Positions 13,497 to 27,569 are shown, counted from the first letter of the stretch. The stretch: 64,000 nt of DNA from Octopus vulgaris (GCA_951406725.2 OX597835.1:17112001-17176000), one strand, 5' to 3'. The notes: generated by a model from the sequence alone, not told the origin. A program made the numbers and translations.

Positions 13497-13615
13497 CCAC
13501 CACCGCCGCCACCACCACTACCACTACCACCACCACCACAACCACCGCCGCCGCCACCACCACCACCACCACCACAACCACCACCACCACCACAACCACC
13601 ACCACCACCACCACA
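12940..13615. repeat. (CAC)n-derived low-complexity tract with ~283-bp tandem duplication
   Basis: GAGCATTTAGAAACCATGAA at 13021 and 13304; sub-motif CAACTACTACTATCACCGGAGC four times. Confidence 0.85.
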
Positions 13616-14030
13616 GTCGCCACCGTACAAAAACAAACACATCCACCATTTCACTACCCCATCGACAACTCATACACCGCTCCCCCTAGAACACCTCCAC
13701 AAACCACCCACAGTATTTGTCTGTTCAATCTTCAGTCACCTCCCCTCCCCACCGCACACCCAACAGTCTAGAGACTGTTCAATACCAAATAATAATTGCT
13801 CAGCTTTGAAATACCAGCACAGTTCTTTAATTCAATGTCTCGTCTGCTGGTACGACTATGCACACACATACATACACGCACACACACACACACGCATACA
13901 CACATACATACATACATACATACATACATACACACATACATACATACATACATACATATATCCATGCATACATATATGCATACGTAGATGTCTATGTATC
14001 TATACAAACTCATGTGTATCTATATGTATG

Positions 14031-14130
<100 letters not shown>

Positions 14131-14356
14131 TATATATATATGGATATGTATGTATATAGTGAAATTCGTTCCTAATATATATGTATTGTGTGAGTGTGTG
14201 TGTACACGCATGCATATATCTATACACATACATGCACTCACACACATATACATGCGCACACATATATGTATATATATGTGTCTATGTGGAGATGTTGGTG
14301 TGTGTGTATCGGTGTAGTCTTCATTTGTATACGCATGTGTTTCTGTGCCTGTCTGT

Positions 14357-14436
<80 letters not shown>

Positions 14437-14454
14437 TATTCTAGTGATTGGTGT

Positions 14455-15540
14455 GCTACGTTTCCTGTTGTCTTCGATATTATTCATGCAAACCTTGCTT
14501 GCTTTTTGTTTGTAAGAAGACATCACTTGTTGTATTAAGGATTTTTTCGAGCTGTATCAGGTCTCTTCCACCTATTTTTCTCGGGAGATAAATCCTGTCT
14601 ACATCTGATTTTGGATGGTGCATTCGGTAACTTGTAAAAAATTTACGGATCTTTCCATCCCTATTCTGTATGTCAGTGAGACTCCACAATGATATCGAAG
14701 CTATATATTGTTACTGGTCATCGAAGACCATTGTATACTTTGGATGTATGGACACCTTGAAATGTGCTTTCTCGAATGATGTCACGTCATCATTGAACTA
14801 TGGTTAAAATTATAAGTAGTAGACCAACAAAAATAAGGGAATTTTCATAATTGGGAAATCATGAGGAAAGTCCCGTTGTTAAAAATAAAGCTCTTATGGA
14901 TCCTGTTAATGGTCAGGGTCTAAATTCAACTAAATGAAATGGATTTCGAGTCATAAGATAATAATTATTATATTAAAAGAAGTTTAAAATATTGACAAAA
15001 TTTGGACAAATTTAGATGTATGATCCAAAAAGGGCAAATTTTTGTCAAGAGAAAAGAGTGGGATGAGGGTCTTTTAAAAAATTTTAGTTTATGGCCAAAG
15101 AATTGCTCGCATTAATTCTGTTAGCAGCATTTTATTCTGAGTTTAGGACCATTCTTACGCTTCGGTAGCTTTCCTTCCGGATTTTCTTTTTCGTTTTAGC
15201 GTGCTGGATACCATCTCCTTCATTGGTTCTCAGATATTTGTATACTTCGGAATGGTCTAAGTTTCCAAAAGCTGTGGTAGTATCAAGTTCTATGTTTTCT
15301 GCCTTTATGAACTTCCCCGTCTTGAAAGTAGACTTTGCACATTTATCAAGTCCGAATTCCATACCTACATCAGAGCTGAATTCTTTGACAATATTGAGGA
15401 GCTCCTCTAATTCTTTGTCGTTTTTGCCAAACAGTTTTAGATCATCCATATAGAGTAGAGGATTAATTTTCTGGTCAAAGATCGTATATTCTCTCTTAGA
15501 ATTATTCAATTGCGTGGATAAAGGGAACAGAGTGAGGTAG
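14455..15540 (-). mobile_element. R4/Dong-like reverse transcriptase fragment, interrupted by a ~370-bp insertion
   Basis: INPLLYMDDLKLFGK...GMEFGLDKCAK...YKYL (about 15091-15500) continues as PVTIYSFDII / WSLTDIQ..D.KIRK....MHHPKSDVDRIYLPRKIGGR (14455-14719). Confidence 0.9.
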
Positions 15541-15594
15541 AATAGTAAGAGTGATATAATAATAACAATAATAATAATAATAATAATAATAATG

Positions 15595-15656
<62 letters not shown>

Positions 15657-15657
<1 letters not shown>

Positions 15658-15999
15658 GGCATCTCAAGGCGACAACAGTACCAGTCATTGTAGGATCTCT
15701 AGGAATGATAAAAAAAGGGTACTGAAACCTATTTGAAAATTATTCCAGGCTTACCATCCCTACAGGAAGTGCAAAAAATCGTGTTAACTGGAACGGCTCA
15801 TGTACTGAGAAGAGCACTATCGCTGTGAAAATAACATCCATCCATGAATTTATTTATTTATTAATTTTTTAGATACATATTTTATCTGTGAATTTGCGCG
15901 TGTAATCTGGGAATGCATACAATGAGCTTCTCTGCCCTAGGTGTATGGAAAACACTCGGCGAGAAACGGAAGAAAATTTGAAGAAAGAAGGAAAAAACA
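15657..15999 (+). mobile_element. R4/Dong-like 3' end (RLE C-terminus + UTR) within (TAA)n
   Basis: HLKATTVPVIVGSLGMIKK / GTETYLKIIPGLPSLQEVQKIVLTGTAHVLRRALSL*; TAA tracts on both sides. Confidence 0.85.
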
Positions 16000-16007
16000 T
16001 AATAATG

Positions 16008-16082
<75 letters not shown>

Positions 16083-16270
16083 GAGTGAGTGAGAGAGTAG
16101 AGCATGCTATCAAAGTGACACTGGTGTAACGTATACGAAGCCCAGGATATCCATCATAACTACCCGTCTGTTAAAGGTACACCATGAACATGCCTCATAA
16201 ACATACGTGCGCGACATGGTGATCTCATATCAAGGTAAACAGCGCATGACCTTGTAGGTGGGACCCAGTT
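16083..16270 (-). mobile_element. Family T element, diverged and truncated
   Basis: Matches 12202-12385; (TTA)n on the tail side. Confidence 0.8.
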
Positions 16271-16380
16271 GAAGGGCAAAGTCAACCTCGGCGGAATTTA
16301 AAACAGAACGTAGCGCGACAGGCGAAATACTGCTAAGGATTTCGGCCAGCATGCTAACGATTTTGGCAGCTCGCTACTTT
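16271..16380 (-). mobile_element. SINE family B head fragment
   Basis: GGCAAAGTCAACCTCGGCGGAATTT...GCAGCTCGCT. Confidence 0.75.
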
Positions 16381-16408
16381 CCTGATGATGATGATGATGA
16401 TGATGATT

Positions 16409-16440
<32 letters not shown>

Positions 16441-16454
16441 AATAATAATAATAA

Positions 16455-16884
16455 TGCCTCCTCATTGATATGATTGTCCCAATCGATATAAACGTATCTG
16501 TCAAGACCTACCAAAAACTGAGCAAATATAAAGCAATCAGCAAAATGTGGAACCTGAAGACTGTTGACATAGGTGCCCTGGGTATGATAGCAAAAGGGGC
16601 TGATTGCTACCTAACTCAGACACCAGGAAACCCAAAAATGGCAGAAATTCAAACGATAGTGCTCATGGGAACTGCTCATATCCTACGCAAAATACTTTCT
16701 ATGTAATCTCAAGTTTAAAACAAACATAAATTTCGTTTTTTTTAGACATTCACTAGTACAACACCCAAATATATGGCACACTAGGCATAACAACAACATG
16801 AACTTCCAACCTGGTGTCTCTTGAGGTCTCTGGGTGAGACTTAGAGCCAACTTGTACAAATATAAAGCAAAAGTCAAACATAGA
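16455..16884 (+). mobile_element. R4/Dong-like 3' end (RLE + UTR) within (TAA)n
   Basis: CLLIDMIVPIDINVSVKTYQKLSKYK..ISKMWNLK..IGALGMI...EIQTIVLMGTAHILRKILSM*. Confidence 0.88.
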
Positions 16885-16904
16885 ATAATAATAGTAATAC
16901 TTTC

Positions 16905-17085
16905 TACTATAGACACAAAGCCTGACATCTTGGGGGAGGGATTTATTCGATTCCATCGATCTCAGTGCCAAATTAATAATCATTTTGTCAACTCAGAAAG
17001 GTTGCAAGGCAAAGCCGACCTCGGCAATCGTTGAACTCAAAACATAATGGCACTAAGCATTTTGCCCGACGCGTTAACGATTCTT
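16905..17085 (-). mobile_element. SINE family B, diverged
   Basis: AAGGCAAAGCCGACCTCGGC..TTGAACTC..AAGCATTTTGCCCGACGCGTTAACG. Confidence 0.7.
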
Positions 17086-18165
17086 TCATGTTTAAAACAC
17101 TACGAACGGTTCGTATTGACACAACGGTATTTACAGTTCAGATGAAACACCAAAGATTTTATTATTTTTTTTTTCCTCTCTGCAAATAAATCCTAAATAA
17201 AATGAAAAGCAAGTTTTCCTAGATGACAAATCGCCAAACACTTGCAACCGGAAATTCTTATTAAAATAGATTTGGCTGTAATTCGATCTGGTCAAGTAAA
17301 GATTAGTTAAGACAAGACAATCAATCAGTTATTCTTAGTAGAGAACTGCAATTTAATAAGCATCAAAATGAATAGCGCAAACACAATAATTTCAAAGATA
17401 TTTGATGAATCCAATTTTCAATGCTAATTTAATTTCCTGTTTATTATGCATTAAATCGTCATTTATTTGTAACATATCAATCCCTGGAGCAAGATTTATA
17501 TGTTCTAATGAGGTCTCATTTCGGTTCAACATGATAAAAGTTTCAGCGTGGTCATTATACGATGTTGCTCTGAGATATCGTTAACCAAAATACGTCAGAA
17601 GTAGAAGTTTGAAATGGGAATTATAATAATACTAACAATAGCAGTAGTAGCAGTAGTAGTAGTAGTAGTTGTAATAGGTTTAGTAATTTTTCTTCTTCTT
17701 CTATGTATGTATGTGTGTGTGCATGTATGGATGTTTGTATGTATGTGTGGGTATGTATGTATGTATTACATGTGTTAGTGCATGTATGGATGCATGCATG
17801 AGTGTGTATGTATGTATGTGTGTATGTATGGATGGATGTGTGAGTATGTATGTGTGTGTATGTATGGATGTATGTATGCGGGTGTGTATGAATGCATGTG
17901 TGTGTATGAATGTATGCATGCATATGTGTATACATGTATGTATGTATTACATGTATGAGTGTATGTATGGATGTATGCATGAGTGTGTATGTATGTTAGT
18001 ATGTATGTATGTATGTATGGATGTATGGATGTGTGTATGAGTATGTATGCATGTGTGTGTATGTGTGTATGCATGTATGTGTGTGTATGTATGCATGTAT
18101 GTGTGTGTGTTTGTATATCTGTGTATGCATGTGTGTATGTATATATATATATGTATGTCTGTGTG

Positions 18166-18199
<34 letters not shown>

Positions 18200-18342
18200 T
18201 GTATGTATGTATGTATGTATGTATGTATGTATGTATGTATGTATGTATGTATGTATGTATGTATGTATGTATGTATGTATGCATGCATGCATGCATGTAT
18301 GTATGTATGTATGTATGTATGTATGTATGTATGCATGTATGT

Positions 18343-18589
18343 ACTAATCATGTCTGTCAGCCATGTGGAAGAGAGTGTAATTCGGCAGGAGGATTTAAAC
18401 GACATGCAAAGGTACATAAAGCCCAGTTGTAACTACAGCCGGCTATTACCAGTAAAGGTTTTAGCTGCCAATTCTGTACAAGACATTGTAGATCTTTACC
18501 TGGGCTAAAAGGTCACATTCGATCAAAGCACCAGTAACAGTTAAACTTCGTGCAATGACCATACTCGATAACGAGGGGGCAGCCATCAT
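18343..18589 (+). mobile_element. RTE-like LINE 3' end with two C2H2 zinc fingers, within (TATG)n
   Basis: CQPCGRECNSAGGFKRHAKVH...*...CQFCTRHCRSLPGLKGHIRSKH*, short UTR, then (ATGT)n; CxxC..C.S..GL..H.R.H is the typical RTE ORF C-terminus. Confidence 0.7.
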
Positions 18590-19133
18590 GCATGTATGTA
18601 TGTATGTATGTATGTATGTATGTATGTATGTATGTATGTATGTATGCATGCATGCATGTATGTATGTATGTATGTATGTATGTATGTATGTATATATGTA
18701 TGTGTGTGTGTATGTATGTGTGTGTGTATGTATGTATGTATGTATATAAGTGGTAAAGCACGAAACTCTCGGCCCTTGAGTGACTCTGTTGCTTCGGCTA
18801 AATATTAATAACAGCAACAACGATAATAATAATAGAAAGCATGCTTATATATGTGTATGTATACATATATATATAACTGTATACGTACATGTTAGTTTTT
18901 TTTGTATGTTTTTGTGTGTGTATGTTTGTGTACGTGTATGTCAGTGTGAATCTGTGTCTGCGCGCGCACGCGCGTGTGAGTGAGGTTCTTCTGGTTTTAG
19001 TAATCGCTTGAAGACGGTCAGAGAATGAACCGAATGGAAAACCGTTGAAAAGGAATTAAAATGGAAAAATGGCAGGAAAAATTTTCCTGAAATGTTAAAT
19101 TATTTAATTAAATTTTTTTTTGTAATAAACATA

Positions 19134-19520
19134 GGCACAGGAGTGGCTGTGTGGCAAGTAGCTTGCTAACCAGCCACCTGGTTCCGGGTTCGGTCCCACT
19201 GCGTGGCACCTTGGGCAAGTGTCTTCTGCTATAGCCCCGGGCCGACCAATGCCTTGTGAGTGGATTTGGTAGACGGAAACCGAAAGAAGCCTGTCGTATA
19301 TATGTATATATGTGTATGTGTGTATATGTGTTAGTGTGTCTGTGTTTGTCCCCCTAGCATTGCTTGACAACTTAGCGGTTCGACAAAAGAAACCGATAGA
19401 ATTAGTGCTGGGCTTACAAAGAATAAGTCCTGGGGTCGATTTGCTCGACTAAAGGCGGTGCTCCAGCATGGCCGCAGTCAAATGACTGAAACATGTAAAA
19501 GAGTAAAGAGAGTAAGAGTA
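19134..19520 (+). mobile_element. SINE family A, near full length
   Basis: tRNA-like head, CORE-like GGCACCTTGGGCAAGTGTC, conserved tail. Confidence 0.9.
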
Positions 19521-19810
19521 TATATAGGTAAAAGTGTAAGACTTACTTTATAACTGGTATTGTGTGCCGGTAGGACAAATAGATGTTGACAACGACAGAC
19601 AAATTTTGTGGTGAGACAATGATCAGAGTTCAATACTGGTGAACTGCTGTAAATATTGAAATCAAGGGCCGTGTAAATTGAAATAGGATTCAAAAAGAAT
19701 TCCTATATGGTTAGTTTTAGGATCAGCTTCTGAATAATATCAACTGAAAAGAGAATAAAATAAAGAATAGAATTAGTTCTTTTATTTTGAATTTTACAAT
19801 TAGTTTAGTA

Positions 19811-20052
19811 CAGGAGTTCTCAAACAGGGTCCTTATGACTTTTGGGGGTCCATATAAGATTGTGCTTTGTAAAATTTACGAGTAATAAATTTGTTACATT
19901 TCTACAATGCATAAAATATTTTAACAATTTTTGTACAATTCGTAATAATATTCGATTACAAGAATATAATAGTTTTTTTTAAAGATGGGTATCTACTAGA
20001 GTGAAATAGGAAACAAAGAGGTCTATAGGAAAAACATTGTTGAGAACTTCTG
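19811..20052. mobile_element. hAT-type MITE
   Basis: TIRs CAGGAGTTCTCAA / TTGAGAACTTCTG; 8-bp TSD-like GTTTAGTA / GTTTAGAC (6 of 8 match). Confidence 0.7.
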
Positions 20053-20538
20053 GTTTAGACAATAGTTTCTTTAATTCATAGAATAAACAAAACCAAACAG
20101 AAATCAAGATGACAAGAAGTACTAGAAAGAAAGAAGCTTAAAGTAATATAAAAGCATCCAACGTGTTGATTATAGAATGATGTTTGTTGCAATGGTCTGC
20201 TACTTTTGCTCTATTGCGTAATATACGAATAAGGAAACAAATATCCATTCTATAGAAACGTATGTAGCATAACTAAATAACGAATTCAATTCATTCATTA
20301 TTTCAGCCCGATATTTACATGTGCTCGGTGCCATACATACATACATACATACATACATACATACATACATACATACATACATACATACATACATACACAC
20401 ATACATACATACATACATATGTGCATACATACACACGTAAATATTTATATTGTATATATATATATATATATATGAAATATGTGCACACGTACGTAAGAGT
20501 GTATATGTATTTGTGTGTTTATATATATATATGTATAT

Positions 20539-20577
<39 letters not shown>

Positions 20578-20890
20578 AGAGGGACAGATAGATAGACAGC
20601 CAGCCAGAGGGACAGACAATGTAATCGTGTAACTCGTGTAAAACGCGCAGCATATCGAATACATTGATTACCACGGACTTCTCGAGGGATAAAATTTAAA
20701 ACTGAATGTAAGCAACAAGCAACAAGATATCTTACGCTCCCAGGTGTTATTTATTTTACTTGTATGTTTGTTTTCTTCCGTTCAGACTGAATACAGTCGT
20801 TTCTTAACCTCGAAGTAGTTTTTGACACCTGCATACTATATGGCTCAAGGTAATGTACCCACACATTTCCTATGCCATCTCATTTCCCTA

Positions 20891-20949
<59 letters not shown>

Positions 20950-20973
20950 TCTATCTATCTATCATTCTATCAT

Positions 20974-21023
<50 letters not shown>

Positions 21024-21025
21024 AT

Positions 21026-21067
<42 letters not shown>

Positions 21068-21069
21068 AT

Positions 21070-21140
<71 letters not shown>

Positions 21141-21179
21141 CCCTCTTTCTCTCTCTCTCTTTCTCTGTCTGTCTGCCTA

Positions 21180-21210
<31 letters not shown>

Positions 21211-21313
21211 GTCTGTCTGTCTGTTTGTCTATCTGTCTGTCTGTCTCTCTCTCTCTCTCACTCACTCTCTCTGTCTGTCTCTGTCTCTGTCTGTTGTCTG
21301 TCTGCCTGTCTCA

Positions 21314-21356
<43 letters not shown>

Positions 21357-21596
21357 AGGAATAATGAGGGGTTTAATTCACTTGTGATCTAAACGAATAG
21401 ATACGCTGTTAGTGCTGTACATGGACGACCATTATTTTCCAAGATCACAGCTAAAGGCAAGATCTAGGGATCCGTGTTAGGGTTCCCTTACAGCATTTAT
21501 ATATCATATTTGAAGAAAAATTAAAACCAAGGCCGAACGAGTATCTCAAGTCATTTAGAATAATTCAGAATATATATATGTATGCATGTGTATATG

Positions 21597-21624
<28 letters not shown>

Positions 21625-21627
<3 letters not shown>

Positions 21628-21860
21628 TACATACACATTAAGAAAAATGATCACCAAAGTGGACTCCTAATATGCTAAAGATAGACGTGGTAAGGCGATT
21701 TGAGGTTTATCTTTTGCATATTAGGAGTCCCCTTTGGTGGTCATTCTTCTTAATTTGTACGTAATATAATTTTTAATCTTCGGATTTTTTAAATATGCCA
21801 AGCCACTGGTTTTAATTGATTAATATCGATTTCTACCCTCATTATTTAATTTCTATAAGT
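21625..21860 (+). mobile_element. Fold-back-headed element in (TA)n (Penelope-like 3' remnant, inferred)
   Basis: Inverted arms 21637-21683 and 21708-21754, then a unique tail with AATATGC..GCCACTGG. Confidence 0.6.
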
Positions 21861-21936
21861 ATATATATGTATATATATATATATATTTCTATATATATAT
21901 ATATATGTATGTGTGTAAGTGTGTACATAAATACAA

Positions 21937-22265
21937 GGGGCTTCTTTCAGTTTCTGTCTACTAAATCCACTCACAAGCTTTTGACTGCAGAAGAAATTTA
22001 CCAAGGTGGCCATGGTTTTAGACTCTGTGTATATGTGTCATCGTTTGTATATTTATGTGTTCGGGCCTTCCCACTGCTTGAAAACCGGTGTCGGTTTGTT
22101 TACGTACCCATAATGTAGCGGTGCAGTAATAAAAGAACGCTAAAATAAGGATCATAATAAAATATATAGTACAGAATTTAAGTACGAGGGTTGATTTATT
22201 CGACTAAATTCTCGAAAGGGTTGCCAAGCATGGCTGCAGACTATGAGAATTGAAAGAATAAAGGC
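21937..22265. mobile_element. Diverged SINE family A pieces (minus-strand head part, plus-strand tail)
   Basis: GGGCTTCTTTCAGTTTCTGTCTACTAAATCCACTCACAAG, then GTTTACGTACCC..TAGCGG..TTCGACTAAA..AGCATGGCTGCAG. Confidence 0.65.
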
Positions 22266-22439
22266 AAAGTGATATGGCCTCGGCTAAATTGGCTTTGACC
22301 ATTGGTCTGCTCTATGTAGGTAGGACAAAGGTTAAGCAACTATAACCGGAACAACTACCACCTCAAGGATAGTATAATTATCAGTAAAACCAAAATAATC
22401 ACGAAAGGCACAACCACGGGGTGATCCCTATCACCAACA

Positions 22440-22861
22440 CCACCACTATCACCATTCATCTCCACCACCACGACCATCACACGTACATCCTCTACTACAA
22501 CCAACAACACTATCACCACAGTCACTACCACCACCTCCACCACCACAGTCACCACCACTACCACTACCACCACTAATAATAACACAAAAAGCACTACCAA
22601 AACCACCACCACCATCACCATCACCACCACCACCACCAGCACTACCAGCACCACCACCACTAACACCACAAAAAGCACTGCCAAAACCACCACCACCACC
22701 ACCATCATCACCACCACCACCAGCACTACAGCACAGCACCACCGCCACTAATACCACCAAAATCACCACCAAAGCGGCCACCACCAATAACACCAACAAA
22801 ACCACTACCACCACCGTGACCATCACTACCACCGCCACCGCCGCCGCCACCATCACCGCCA

Positions 22862-22895
<34 letters not shown>

Positions 22896-23545
22896 CACCA
22901 ACACCACCAACATCAACAACAACAACAACAACAACAATACTGCCACCCCCGCTTAATAAGAAAAATAACACTGAATGCCACAACCACCATTATATGAAAC
23001 ATAACAATTAAGACTACGACAAAGGCCACCATATCATCGACCATCACATCTTCATGACAACCATCGTTAACCCGTTCACCTCCGCCACCACCACCACCAC
23101 CACCAGCACCGACTCCCCCGCCGCCCCCACCGTTTTCTACTAAGCATTACTATCAAATACCGAAAACACACACGAAAGATCTCTTCAACGTCGCTTGAGA
23201 AATCGAGGAAAAAAAAAAAACAAAAACAAAAACCAAAGAACATGGCGACCACTTACCTTGTAGTAAATATATTGTATTGAAATATGGAATGGTTTTTAGC
23301 CAGAGGCAGTAATAAAGATTACGGTTCTGTGAATATGACAGGTGCAACAGCAACTGCACCAAGAAGAGGAAGAACATGAAGAAGCAGAAGAGGAAGACGT
23401 ATCCTTGTTGAGAAGGTGCAATTAAAGTGTGCAGCAATATTGTGGTGCCTTGCTTGAAATATTGCAACAGAGATACCAATGTCTGTTGGTTGGTTCGTCT
23501 AACTTCACACACTAGTGAACGACGTTCTTAGTGCTGCTGCTGCTG

Positions 23546-23608
<63 letters not shown>

Positions 23609-23623
23609 TTGCTGCTACTGCTG

Positions 23624-23673
<50 letters not shown>

Positions 23674-25190
23674 GCTGCTCCTACTGCTGCTGCTTGTTGC
23701 TGCCACCACGATCACTACCAAACAACATCTCAGCGCCTTAACCACTACCACCGTCACAACCACCACAACCGCTACCATCTTTCTTGTGAGTAGTCACACC
23801 CACGCCGCCTCGATCCTCCGCCACCGCCGTCACCACCGTCACCATCGCCACCACCACTTCTACTACTAATACTACTACAACTATCACCGCCACCACCACC
23901 ACCACCACCCCTGTTGTCAGTACTCACACTACCACCACTACCATCTCTAACCGCTTGCGTTATTTAGGACACATAATCACAACTCCGCCATCACTATCAT
24001 CGTCATCATCGTTATCATAATCGTAATCACCTCTGTGACCCGGAAATTTCCCCCTCCTCCCTCTTCCTTCCTCCCTCCTCCCTCTTCCTTCCTCCCTCCT
24101 CCTGGTCCTCGTCTTCTGCACTGTCATTCACACATCGTGATCAACATCATATCATCGTGATCATCATCATCATCATTATCATCATCATCATCATCATCGC
24201 TCCTACCATCACCATTATTATACCACCAGCAAGACCACCACCACCGTCATTACCACCACTGTCATAACAACCACCATCATCACCATCACCATCATCATCA
24301 TCATTACGCCCCACCACCACCGCCACCACCATCACCACAACCATTACTACCACCATTACCATCACCAGCATCACCACAACCACCACCATCACCACCATCA
24401 CCGGCATCACTGCTACCACCACCACAACCATCACCATGACCACCACCACCACCACCACCACCAGCATCATCATCATCATCACCATCATCATCCCAGTCAC
24501 CACTTCCGCCCTCTGTCATCACATCCTCCATCAATGTCATTTCAGGCACACGTACGATTAAAAAAAACAAAATAAACAAAAAAAAACATTTCCAGCAACA
24601 CTACCAGAGTCATCCGGGTACTGAACAACAAATGCCACCACAGTCACCATTGCCACCACCATCCCCATCGTCACCACCACCACCACCACCACCACCACCA
24701 CCACCTCCATCACCACCACCACCATGATTCTCACTATTATCAACACCACCATTAACATCACCACCGTCACCACCACCAGCACCACCACCACCACCAGCAG
24801 TAGCATCACCACCAGCAGCATCACCACCACCATGATTCTCACTGTTATCAACACCACCATTAACATCACCACCGTCACCACCACCACCATCACCACCATG
24901 AATATCATTACTACCGTTATAATCATCATCACTACTACCAGCATCATTAAAACCATCGCCATCGCCGCCGCAATGACCACCATCGCTATTTCCATCAACA
25001 TCACCAACAACACCACCATCTTCACAAATGCCATAATCACCATCACCACTACCACCACCACCACCACCACCACCACCACCACCACCACCACCACTACCAC
25101 CACCACCACTACCACCACAACCATCGTCATCATCATCATCAACACCACCGTCACTGCCACCACTATTATCACTTCCATAACCACCATGGC
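22440..25190. repeat. Extended degenerate (CAC/CAT/CTA)n trinucleotide region around a unique island at about 23150-23530
   Basis: Direct inspection; includes a ~110-bp-period internal duplication around 24712-24890. Confidence 0.85.
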
Positions 25191-26084
25191 TCGCAGCTTC
25201 CCTCTTAGTTGACATCTTCGCTGCCACACTCCCAAAACCGCCATCATCTTCGTAGCTGATATCACCAAGCATGAACAACCGCTGCCCAACGCGCCGACAT
25301 CCACTTCTGAACACCACTCCTTCCTCTTAACCTACTCCCCCGAGTTATTAGAATAATCGAGTTAGTCGCTCTTGAACTAATTATCCTATTATATTTGCTA
25401 ATATCCTCCTTTATTCCGCGCCATTAGAACAGAGAGGAGGGATTGTCTCTTTAGCAGGTCTTATCCATTACGTTTCCTTAAAAAACAAAAAGGAAACACA
25501 CATTCACAGCTCTTCATCACACCCACTCTCTCTCTCTATCTCTCTCTCTCTCTTTCTCTCTGTTTGTCTCTCTCTGTCTCTCATCGCTTCCTCATCTTTT
25601 TCTCCTTGTTTATCGACATCCTTCTCCAAGATACAGATAAGAACTTTTTATTCTCTCTTTCTCAATAAATTTCCTTCTTGAAACAGTCTAGAATTCCTAT
25701 CCATCTACAATTCTCTTCTTTAAAAAAAAAAAAAAAAAAAAAAAAACGAAAAAAAAACGAAAAAAAGAAAAAAAAGAAAAAATACTTTTGGTTAAGAATT
25801 TGTTTCTCCTGTATTTCTCTTTCTTGGCATTTAGTTTTCTTTATTAAAAGAGTTTTTTTTTTTGTTAAGTAAATTTTTATTTTTAAATATACTTGTTTGT
25901 TTAATTCAATATCCTTGAAATTGATTTAAGAAAATGATAAGATAATGAAATAAAAATAATAATAATGATATAAATAAATAAATATGAAGAAAACCCCGTC
26001 AAGGATGAAATAATTGTAAGAATTCAGCTGAGAATAAACCCATACGTTACACTTCAGAAAGTTTTAAAATGATGTCGGGAAAGG

Positions 26085-26146
<62 letters not shown>

Positions 26147-26424
26147 GCACGTATACATACGGAGCACTCCATACATACACGTACATACATACATAAAAAA
26201 GATATTGAAGAAATGAAATCCCCCCCAAAAAAGAAAAGGTAAACGAAACAAAAGCTAAAGCACCCCTACCAACTCCAAAACAAACAAAATGCCTAGAATT
26301 CATTGAAATGCTAAATTTACAACCAATTAATGAATTTTTTTCCTTTATTGAAACCAATTGACAGAACCACAAGAGTCTTAATTCTTGTTCAACATTGAAA
26401 TGTAATACGAAAGAAAATAATGAC

Positions 26425-26473
<49 letters not shown>

Positions 26474-26524
26474 GCAATAATAATAATAATGATAATAATG
26501 ATAATAATAATAATAATAATAATA

Positions 26525-26574
<50 letters not shown>

Positions 26575-26855
26575 AATAATATTGGTATTATTATTTTCAA
26601 TGTGTTTCTTTCCATAATTTTTTTATAAATGGCAGCCAATCCTTGTTAATTGGCAAAGAAATGTAATGATTTTCTGATGATGGCGCTAACAGAGCAATAA
26701 AGTGAGGTGAAGAACTTGTTGAGAGTTGGTTATTTGCCAAATGAAACAATGTAATAAGACTTGGATGAAAGTTTCTATTTGACAAAAATTGTAAAAAAGT
26801 GTAAAATTGTAAACTATAATAAAAAAAAATCCTTCTCAAAATACTGGATAAAGAG

Positions 26856-26886
<31 letters not shown>

Positions 26887-27526
26887 GTTAGAGAGAGTGT
26901 GTATGAGAGAAAGAGGGAGAGAGAGAGAGAGAGAGATGGGTAGGTTAAAAGGAGAAAGTAAACCAATTTATCCTATCAGAAATGGTTGAGGTTACTTAGT
27001 GCAGTGTGAACGAAATAAAATGGACACGTCTACGTAAGAACGTTGTTTAGAGAAAGTCCTCGTTACACGCGTTTAGTTTAAGTTGTTCGTAGGAAAGAAC
27101 CATGATTTTGTATAACACAGCAGGAGCTTCTAAGAAACATTGATAAAACACACAAAAAAACCAGTCCTAGTTACATGTAACACCGTAAATATGGAAACGA
27201 AAGAATTAGTTCTTAGCTTAAACACAAAGATGCATGATGTGTTTTGCGTCGCGCAAACCCTATATCACCCTTAAAGATCATACGCCAAGTTTTCTCTCAA
27301 AGTGAATTGCAACCAGCATGCTCATTCTCGACGCTGTCAATTGAATAATTCGAAATATTATCAGTCTATTGTTAGAGGATAATAATGAAGACAAGGTAGT
27401 GAAGGATGTACCATAAAGGTGCAAGTGAGAATGTAAGCATGTGTTATTTGTGTACGTGTACATATGAAGAAATGTATATACTTATTCATATATATATTAT
27501 GTGTGCACATATATATATATGTATTA

Positions 27527-27569
<43 letters not shown>

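Noticed and set aside
12931-13771. Pro/Thr/His-rich 252-aa ORF
   Set aside because: The repeat period of ~283 bp shifts frame between units, inconsistent with a coding repeat.
24558-25317. Long Gly/Asp-, Val- or Thr-rich ORFs (mucin-like or structural-protein-like)
   Set aside because: Degenerate (CAC)n is stop-poor in multiple frames; no signal peptide, splice context or domain.
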